Notes under the pieces: generated by a model
The model's database searches: none
What the model saw: only the letters and a program-made list of their open reading frames with translations
What the model was told of the DNA's origin: nothing
Part shown: positions 55,949-64,000 of the stretch, one piece after another
Layout: each line of letters starts with the position of its first letter
How positions within the stretch are numbered: position 1 is the first letter of the stretch
Source of the DNA: Batkoa obscura
Taxonomy: Eukaryota
Assembly (NCBI GenBank): GCA_030770535.1
Contig: JASVEC010000024.1
Coordinates: 186,001-250,000, forward strand
Direction of reading: 5' to 3'
Length of the DNA: 64,000 nucleotides
Program-made: the position numbers and the translations under genes

Positions 55949-56837
55949 TTAACGTCTAGTATTGATTTTAAAAGTATAATAGCAGACAAAAGAAACAAAG
56001 GTAGTGATCAATATTGAAGAATAAAAAAAAGTATTATTAAAACTTTCTTTTCCTGCTCCTTCTCCTTCTCCTTTTCCTTCCTCCTCTTTTTTTGATACTC
56101 CTTTCATCGCCTCTTCTTTCTTTTCCTCAGTTCTCCTTAACTGCTCTTTCAATTTCTTAACATCACTTTTAAGTCCAATTGTCTCAGATACCATAAATTG
56201 TTTTAATAAAGAAAGTTCCACATTAGGTAAAGAAAAAGGTTTTGGAGGCAACAAATTGATAGTATGAAATTTTTGTTTTGAAAAAGAGTTCTGTTTCTTC
56301 AATCCTTCTTGTATGAAACTACCTCTTTTATGCCCCAATGTCAATTGCTTTGGATTTGATTTGGATTTCTGAGTTTGATATGTGAGTTTGGTGTTGAGTG
56401 CTTTTTCTTCTTTGATGACTTTAGCTAATAATAGTAAAGTTAATCAATTTAAATCCTAACATAAAAAAGAAAAATGATCAAAAACAATCAAATTTACCTA
56501 TCACATTCAATTCTTCAATCCCTAGTGCTAAATGATAACACCATAATCTATTAAACCCTAGTGTCATCAATTTATCTTCATCCAATTGTAATAATTTTTT
56601 ACCATTAATTTCTTTGTTAATAATAAATGATTTTATATCATTAATTAAGAACTTTGGTAAATTTAATATAGCTACTATAAAGGAAGTTACTTGGGTATAG
56701 TTCCATAGACCTATTTCTTCGGGTAATGTGTCAAGAATGTCAGTTAATTCAGTATTGTTAGAAGTGGCATTATGATTCAAATCTTTTAAACTTGGAATGG
56801 GTAAGGGGGGTGAAGTATACGGTGAATGGGCCATCAT
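55949..56837 (-). CDS. SAM-domain protein with coiled coil and C-terminal transmembrane anchor (2 exons)
   Basis: SAM-like W...QV..F....FIINKEINGKKLLQLDEDKLMTLGF; C-terminal hydrophobic FFYSSILITTFVSFVCYYTF followed by basic KINTRR. Confidence 0.6.
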
Positions 56838-57455
56838 TTTATTTAATCTTGTTCCTTTTGTTTGAAATATAACAAAATTTCCAAATTATTTTTAAATTAA
56901 ATTAAATAAAGGATCAATTCTTTTTCTTTTTCTTTTTCTGTTGTAAGAAATTGTGAAGAAATTTTGTTTTAAAAAAATCAAACGCAAGTCTTAAGGTTCA
57001 AATCTTATTGGCTAGAACTAATAAAGTCAATTAAAGGTGGCTTATCTTTACTGTCTTTTAAAATTGACCGATTTAGTCTATTTAATAATCCTCCGTTTAA
57101 ATTGTTATAATAATACTATAACAATCTTATCATTTATATAGTTAGAATCGTAATTTATAAGTTTATTCAAAAATCAAACACATATCCTACATTCCTATAA
57201 AATAAATACCCTACTAACACTTTCTCCAACTCCAAATTAATGCCCAAATTACCCATTTAAATTGGTTCCAAAATTAATGTGACAGACTGAAGTCCTTTGT
57301 TAACGTATGGGTTTCTTAATAATTGATCGTTTATTAATCAGCTTAAATTTCAAATAAAAATATCCTCATTTAAACAAATAAAGTTTGTCATTACAAAAAA
57401 GTAATTTATGACATTTTCAACTTTTATTTCATTATAATAAACCAAAATCAATAAA

Positions 57456-58969
57456 ATGAAACGTACCAAGCTAAAACCTATTAAAAGGAACCTTAACCAA
57501 CTCACCAATCCAACAAAATCTATATTCTATTATGCTTGTTTCTCTCGAGTGTTAACTCTCTTTATAGCTTTTACTGCCCATTTATTTATTAATGAATATG
57601 ACAATTCTAGTTCAATAATGGTTCATAATACCTTACGTTCATTACTCCGTTTTGATGCTGTTCATTTCCTTAATATAACATCTCATCAACTTTATCCTAT
57701 TGAAAATGAATTAGCTTTTTTCCCGCTGTTACCCATGATTACCATTGTGTTAAGTAAGTTGTTAGGTATGTTTATTAAATTAGAGAAATTAGAATTGCTG
57801 TTTCTATCAGGGGTGGTAGTGAGTAATGTATGTTTTTTAATGGCGGCAGTAGTATTGTTTAAGTTAATGAGGAAATTACTGAATGATGATGTTATTGCTT
57901 TCAATACTGCCATACTATTTTGTTTTACTCCAAGTCCCGGGTTTATGAGTTCAATGTAACTATTTAACTATAATAACTTGCAATTCGTATTTAATTAAAT
58001 TAAGGTATACCGAGTCGTTATTTTCATTATTATCTTTTGGTGGTATTTACTATTATATTAATAATGAGCTATGGTTAGCCACTATACTCTGGTCATTATC
58101 TACATTTACTCGATCTAATGGTTTATTATTTATGGGTTATATTATTTATAGCTATTTTTTTATTGATGAATGGAAACAATTAAGTTCAATAGTAAGTTTA
58201 TATATTATAATTTACTTATTAAGTTAACTGTTTTATAGGGTGTGATAATTAGATTAGTTAAATTAAGCACGCAGTTATTATCTATAGCATTAGGATATTT
58301 AATATTTCAATATTATGCTTATCAAGAATATTGTAGTATTGATTCACCATTATCCCCTTGGTGTTATTATAAAGTACCGATAAACTACTCTTATCTACAG
58401 AAACATTATTGGTAAATTCACTAGTAACTATCAAATATTTTATTATAAACTAATCTATAACTTTATTTATTTATGTTTTAGGAATAATGGATTTTTAAAG
58501 TATTATGAATGGAAACAATTACCTAATTTTTTGTTAGCTATGCCATTCATTTTAATTTCTATATATGGTATTTGGGAGTATATAAAGGTTAATAAGATAA
58601 GATTTTTTAGTTTAGGATTATTTAAACAAAATTCAGAAACAACAAAAATAGGAAGTAATAACAATATTAATTATTATCATTAAGCTTATTTACTAACTTT
58701 CATACATAGACAACCATCCTTATTTACACAACGATCAATTATTACCTCATCTTTATTTGTGGAGCTTTATGCTAATTTATTGTATATTTTTTATGCATAT
58801 TCAAGTTATTATTAGATTTTTTACTTCAGTACCTTTATTTTATGGGTTCATTGCATATAAGATATCTAATAACGACAACTTAATATTTAAAACGATAATT
58901 ATTTATTATTGGTGTTTTTATAGTATTATATCCACTATTCTTTTTGCTACTTTTTTTCCACCAGCGTAA
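57456..58969 (+). CDS. GPI18: GPI mannosyltransferase II (PIG-V/Gpi18), multi-exon
   Basis: LLRFDAVHFL, ENELAFFPLLP, FMSSM|YTESLF, RSNGLL, PWCYY..YSYLQKHYW|NNGFLKYY..QLPNFLLA, FFMHIQVIIRF, LFATFFPPA*. Confidence 0.93.
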
Positions 58970-59058
58970 TAAAGGATTATAATTAGGATTATGAATCTTA
59001 TCTTGGATATAAATTGAATCCATTATCAAAATAAAAAGTGTATGTGTTATTTTCTCTT

Positions 59059-60027
59059 TTATTTATTCAAATAAAATCCTAACCTATATAAAGCCGTATA
59101 TAACTCCAAACTATTTTCTGATAATTTTATCCCTAATCTCAACATCGACCCTACTTTTTTATCTTTTATAATTGAACTTGGTAAAATATCACTTATCATA
59201 TGATTTAATACGTTTGTTGTTAACATACCATTTAGCATAAATTCAGGTCGATTATTATTGTATTGTATACCTATTGTTGGCAAAGTGTATTTTTTTGGAT
59301 AAACTATTTTTAGTAAATCTTGTTTATCTTCACTGTTAGCTAGTATTTTTAATGTTATATAGAAATTAACCGATTTCTTAGTTTGATCCTTGTCTTCTTT
59401 GATCTCAACAATATCTTCTCTTTCGATATTTTTGAATAACCTCAGTATTTCTAAATTAAACAAATAGTATACATGATACGTTAAATCCTTCCTAATCATT
59501 ATTCCTTTTTCTAATGTTCTATAAAACTCTAAACAAAGATCATCAGTAACCATTTTTCATCACTTAAAAGACCTTCCTCACTCCTTCTATATTCAAACTT
59601 ACTTTCTTTTAAAAACAGATCAATGATTCTACTTGAACAAGTTAACCAAATGCCTTTACTTCCTCTATTACTTTCATAAATACCATCAGGAGTTAGCCAG
59701 ATGTTATCAGTACTGGGATCTCGAACTTTTATGAAGCGAAGTAAAAAAGCTAAATACAGATGAGACTATCATTGACTGGGATTTTGATGAAATTATATTT
59801 CAACTTACCACTAGGAAGCACTGAATTTGTATATACACACAATTTGATTTTGGTTGCTAATAAGTTCGCTAGGATAATAAAATATTAAATGAATCAAATA
59901 AAGTGAAAATATTGTGATTGAGCTTACCATAGATAAAAGACTCCGGTTTTAAACTTTTTATAGTATTAAAACTATTTTTTGGATAAAATGATTTAGTTGA
60001 GGTTTTGAGGGGATGTAAATATTTCAT
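59059..60027 (-). CDS. Probable mitochondrial protein, 4 exons; weak resemblance to Rrg8/YlxR-like folds
   Basis: Spliced MKYLHPLKTSTKSFYPK..FIY|ANLLATKIKLCVYTNSVLPS|AFLLRFIKV..WLTPDGI..GSKGIWLTCS..LKE|KFYRTLEK..; three GT-AG introns restore one continuous frame. Confidence 0.6.
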
Positions 60028-60277
60028 AAGTGTTACTGTATTTTTTAAATTAAAAGAAAAACAGTGTTGAATTTCCAAATAACAAAATCAGTCTAATTCA
60101 ATAAATAAAATCAATAACCAAAGTATATCAAAGAATTCAAAAAAGCTTATTCAAAAGTTACATTCTTTTGTATTTTATTATATAATTCTTTTTATAATCA
60201 ACTATTAACATGATTAAAACAAACCTGAAGATATATAAATTTATCGATTATTATTTTATTTTTTTGTCTTTCATTAC

Positions 60278-60348
60278 GCAATGTTGGTTTAGTGGTAAAA
60301 TTGCCGCCTGCCACGCGGCAGCCCCGGGTTCGATTCCCGGACATTGCA
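60278..60348 (+). tRNA. tRNA-Gly (GCC)
   Basis: GCAATGT/ACATTGC acceptor stem, TGGTTTAGTGG A-box, anticodon arm gccgc-CT-GCC-AC-gcggc, GGTTCGATTCC T-loop. Confidence 0.95.
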
Positions 60349-60396
60349 TCTATAAAGAACTTTAACCAGTTTTATAAAACACAAGTGAATCTTTGA

Positions 60397-60463
60397 TTCC
60401 ATTTTTTTAAGCGTTATTTAGTGGAAAGATTTTAGTAAAATTCTTGAAAAATGCATCCCGATA
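60397..60463 (+). mobile_element. MITE-like element, partial copy 12, just downstream of tRNA-Gly
   Basis: ttccatttttttaagcgttatttagtggaaagattttagtaaaattcttgaaaaatgcatcccgata. Confidence 0.7.
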
Positions 60464-60664
60464 TATTTAGCTGCTGATCCACTTTTAGTTAAACTAATCC
60501 TATTTCTACTTCTTTCAAACCACATTCTTTTTTACCTTCTAATACTTAGGAGTGTACTTTTTCAAATTGGAAATGCATTGACGCTTCTTCCTCACTCCCA
60601 ATCCAATTAAACCTACCTTCCTTTCAAGATGAACTTGACCCCAGAAAGAACTAAAATATTGATA

Positions 60665-60736
60665 AGGCTCAACCGGGAATTGAACCCGGGACCTCTGCTA
60701 CCCGAAAGCAGAATCCTACGACTAGACCATTGAGCC
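60665..60736 (-). tRNA. tRNA-Pro (CGG)
   Basis: Reverse complement GGCTCAATGGTCTAGTCGTAGGATTCTGCTTTCGGGTAGCAGAGGTCCCGGGTTCAATTCCCGGTTGAGCC; anticodon arm ctgct-TT-CGG-GT-agcag. Confidence 0.9.
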
Positions 60737-61037
60737 GATTGTTCTAAGCGATAATTTTTTAAGAAAATATATAAATCTTTTGAGATTTGATAGGAGTAAT
60801 AACAGCATCAGTGAAGAAGTTTTAGCTACTTTATAGTAGTGTTTTTAATTGAAGGCTTATTGGACTTATTAGATTTATAAATAACAAATTAGATCCGTAT
60901 ATGTGTATTGTTTTTTGTGTTATTTTTATAATTAAAATTATATTTGAGTTTATTTAGATCAAAATACGCTTTAAGATTATTATTAGTTTACTATTTTTTA
61001 AACTTATAGCTCAATATAAATAATAGTTGTCATTCAT

Positions 61038-61168
61038 AGTAAAATTCTTAAATAAAAAAATACATCCCCATATATTATTGAAGTTAGTTTAATTTAATAT
61101 TCTAACAATCTTTCCACTCAAATAGCGCTTAGAAACCGGAAAAATAATGAAATCAAAAACATCCCCAT
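61038..61168. mobile_element. Two partial MITE-like copies (13: 61038-61072, +; 14: 61098-61168, -)
   Basis: tagtaaaattcttaaataaaaaaatacatccccata and ttccactcaaatagcgcttagaaaccggaaaaataatgaaatcaaaaacatccccat. Confidence 0.7.
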
Positions 61169-61370
61169 CTTTTTAGAATTTATGATAAAAATACCTCAAA
61201 GCAAATAAATACTTGCCATTAATATAATAATGACTTCTAACTTTAAAACAATCCTATATAGTAAAATAAGTAATAGAATGGTTATTTAATACTTTGAGTT
61301 AGTATACTTCAGCTAATAGTTATATATCTAAATAATCATTTAAAAAGCAACATTTTAATAGAAATTAAAA

Positions 61371-61400
61371 TTTTAACTTTTAACTTTTAACTTTTAACTT
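61371..61400. repeat. (TTTTAAC)x4 tandem repeat
   Basis: Directly visible. Confidence 0.85.
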
Positions 61401-62314
61401 ATTGAAATGCTACTAGTTAGCTAATAACAATCAGTTATTATATTTCAAAATTCTACTTTTAGTCAAGTTTCATTAATATAATTATAACTAATTGGCATAA
61501 ATTTATATGTGGATATGGGATTTTACAAGAAAACTATACTTTAAAAATCTAGATTTTTAGGGATGGTGGATTGGCTTTTATTTAAAATACTCACCTACTA
61601 ATAAATAATTCTTTGTTAAACCCTAATATTAACCAAATTTAGTAAATGAGCTATTAAATATAATTTATTTTGTAAAAAATAGGTAGGTAATGAAGAATGT
61701 TAATTAATTATAATAAAATTGTAATATTAAAAACAGATTTTCTATTGTTTTATTAAAAAAATATTACGATATTTTTAAAATCATAAGTCAAAACATGGCT
61801 TTCAAACAACAAACTTTATTTCTCAAGCCTTAATATTAAAAAGGTTAGAATCTAGTTAATAAATGATAAAAAATCCCATCGCTTACAGCTATAATAAACC
61901 TTTTAATATAAAAAAGAGTTATAACTGACATAAGACTTATGAAATAAAGATAAAATAAATTTCCATTAACTAAAAGTAGTCAAAAAAGAACTCAATTTAT
62001 TAACTGCATGCAAAATAATAAGTTTTATTCTAACGCCTGAAACTAAAAGGTACAAGTTAAAATTAAGCTTAATTCAACTTCAATTTCAAGGTGTGAAATA
62101 TCACGTTTTAAGATATAAATGTAAATAATAACAATAAGTGAAGATAAAGGTACAAGCCCCCTAACTAAAAAATGGTAACAATAAAATAAGTTGAGGTATA
62201 ATAGAATAAGAAAGGTATATAAATAAATTCTATCCCAATCTTTACTTTCAACAATATTTTTAAAAAAAATTACACAATATATACTAATATTTATTATTCG
62301 ATTTATAATTTAAA

Positions 62315-63031
62315 ATGTTTTATGATTTATTAAAACTAACCTATATTTTATTGATTTTGTTTTATTCCATAACTTGTGATTTTATAAACCCTACCGATTT
62401 ACTAGGTCAACCTAACAGCTGCGTTACTGCAGCTAGCCACATTTACAGTCTTTATCCAGATTTGAATAATTGTTCTTTTAATAATGGGCTATATTTTGCA
62501 ACTTTAAGCCAAGTATGTAATCCTTCGTGTTTAAAAGCTGTTACTTCAGCATCACTTTATTTAGTAGGTGCCTGTCCAGCCCTGTTGGATCCAGATAGTT
62601 CAAGAAATAAGTCATTATTAAGTGGGGATGGCGACATCCAATTTCCTTTAGGTGACAAAATGGATGTTTATAAAGCTTGGTCAAACTCTACTGTCAATTC
62701 AATATCATGTGCTAAATTGGATGCTAATGTTAATGTTCGAAGCGTCAGTATAAACACTTCTGACATTACTAGTAGTAGCGATAGTAATAATAATGTTTCA
62801 TATTGCTTAGATCGCTTCTTTCAAGCAAATCAATTTATCCAAAGCTTAAAATATCAACCAGCTTCTGCTGCACAAAATACAAACTTAATTCAATCTAAAA
62901 TATGTGATCCATGTACAAAATTATTATATGGTACCCTCAAATCGTCTAGTTCAGTGCCCTTCCTTTATTATTGGACGTTCTCAGATACAACTAATTTATT
63001 TAGATCAATTCGATCCTATTGTAGCTTTTAA
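62315..63031 (+). CDS. Intronless cysteine-rich putative secreted protein
   Basis: 238 aa, signal-peptide-like N-terminus, about ten Cys in the mature part including C.P.C motifs (VCNPSC, ICDPC). Confidence 0.8.
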   Translation: MFYDLLKLTYILLILFYSITCDFINPTDLLGQPNSCVTAASHIYSLYPDLNNCSFNNGLYFATLSQVCNPSCLKAVTSASLYLVGACPALLDPDSSRNKSLLSGDGDIQFPLGDKMDVYKAWSNSTVNSISCAKLDANVNVRSVSINTSDITSSSDSNNNVSYCLDRFFQANQFIQSLKYQPASAAQNTNLIQSKICDPCTKLLYGTLKSSSSVPFLYYWTFSDTTNLFRSIRSYCSF

Positions 63032-63093
63032 TTTTTAAAAAAATAAATTATTATAAGCTTTTATCTAGTATATATTTCATTGCTTTTATTCAT

Positions 63094-64000
63094 TTATAAT
63101 CCATTAGCTGCATTAATTATACTTAAAATTTCATCCTGTTCTAAATCCTTTAAATCTTGATCAAGATCCTTGACAAATAATAGATAGAGATTCATAGTAG
63201 TGATAATAACAACGTTGATAACAAGTCCCACTTCTAACAATTTAAATGGATAAATTGTGATATCTAGATTAATCATAGGGGTGGTTGAATAGTTTCGCTT
63301 AAAGTAAATATAACTTATCAATAATACTATTGGCTTAAAAAATAAGAATGTAAGTTCTACACCAGCTCTTATTACTTTTGGTATTATACTTCTATAATTA
63401 ATAGTTCTATTTTCCTGAGTTTGGCCATCCTAGTTAAATTTTAATTTAGCTTTAATGATATGTATTCATAGTTACCTGATTATAAACATTTGAAACAAGC
63501 GTCTCAAAACCTGGAAAAAGTTCTGGAATATATGCCAATCCAAATCTATAAAATACTACAAAAACAACCACCCAGTGGAATAGCATCCTCATAAGACTCA
63601 ATACTTTATTTACTATGCTCAAACTAAAAAATGTTTTTAGTGATTGCAGTATATTATAAATGTGCATGATGATTACCTATAAGAAGTATTTTCTAAACAC
63701 AAGATTGTATTTATTGATGAAATAGTTGATATCTGATAAAACAGCTATAAATTAAGTTAGTATAAATCATAATAAGTATGAAGATTTAATTATCATAAAA
63801 TAAATTACCACAAAAGCTATTTGAGTAATAGTCCATGGTTGGTTTAAAGAGTTGTCGTCATTTGGTATGAACAGTTTATAAACGGTCAATGAAAAGGAAG
63901 CTAACATCAATAACCAAATAACAATACTTATTCCAGCAGGAAAAGTATAGTACAAAGTTGATAAAGTTGATAAGTAAAGTGTATAGAAACTAAAGATTGC
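63094..64000 (-). CDS. Multi-pass membrane protein of unknown family, 5' end outside the window
   Basis: Several hydrophobic minus-strand exons (63767-64000, 63452-63667, 63094-63321) with GT-AG boundaries; stop at 63094. Confidence 0.6.

Noticed and set aside
59528..59605. Apparent frameshift between the ..FLKE.. exon and ORF 59059..59553
   Set aside because: An intron (gtaagt..tactgat..tttag) joins GAA A|AG TTT in frame. The ORF-track start MVTDD lies inside that intron.

Overview
Very AT-rich, gene-dense eukaryotic nuclear DNA. Short GT-AG introns (~45-80 nt) and the gene set point to an early-diverging fungus; a Conidiobolus-like entomophthoralean is an inference only. About 30 protein-coding genes can be rebuilt by hand-splicing, mostly housekeeping: MGR2/ROMO1, MIC19, OST5, AVT3/4, STRAP, MNS1, CHO1, DOA4/USP8, HPD, RPB5, CAP2, FMP25-like, EBP2, SAR1, TDP1-like, VRP1, TXNDC17, ECM4 and GPI18. 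There are also two tRNA genes (Gly-GCC, Pro-CGG). The most notable structure is a five-locus alpha/beta-fold epoxide-hydrolase family: one relic, two + copies and two - copies facing each other across ~11 kb. The copies are sequence mosaics of one another, and one has an in-frame TGA at a conserved Trp plus a GC-AG intron. Other highlights: a Tdp1 whose second HxK His is replaced by Arg (the position of human SCAN1 H493R), Abraxas-like and CABLES-like genes, and a ~104-bp TIR-bounded MITE-like element present about 14 times. All calls come from reading the sequence and recalling family motifs; no database search was run.
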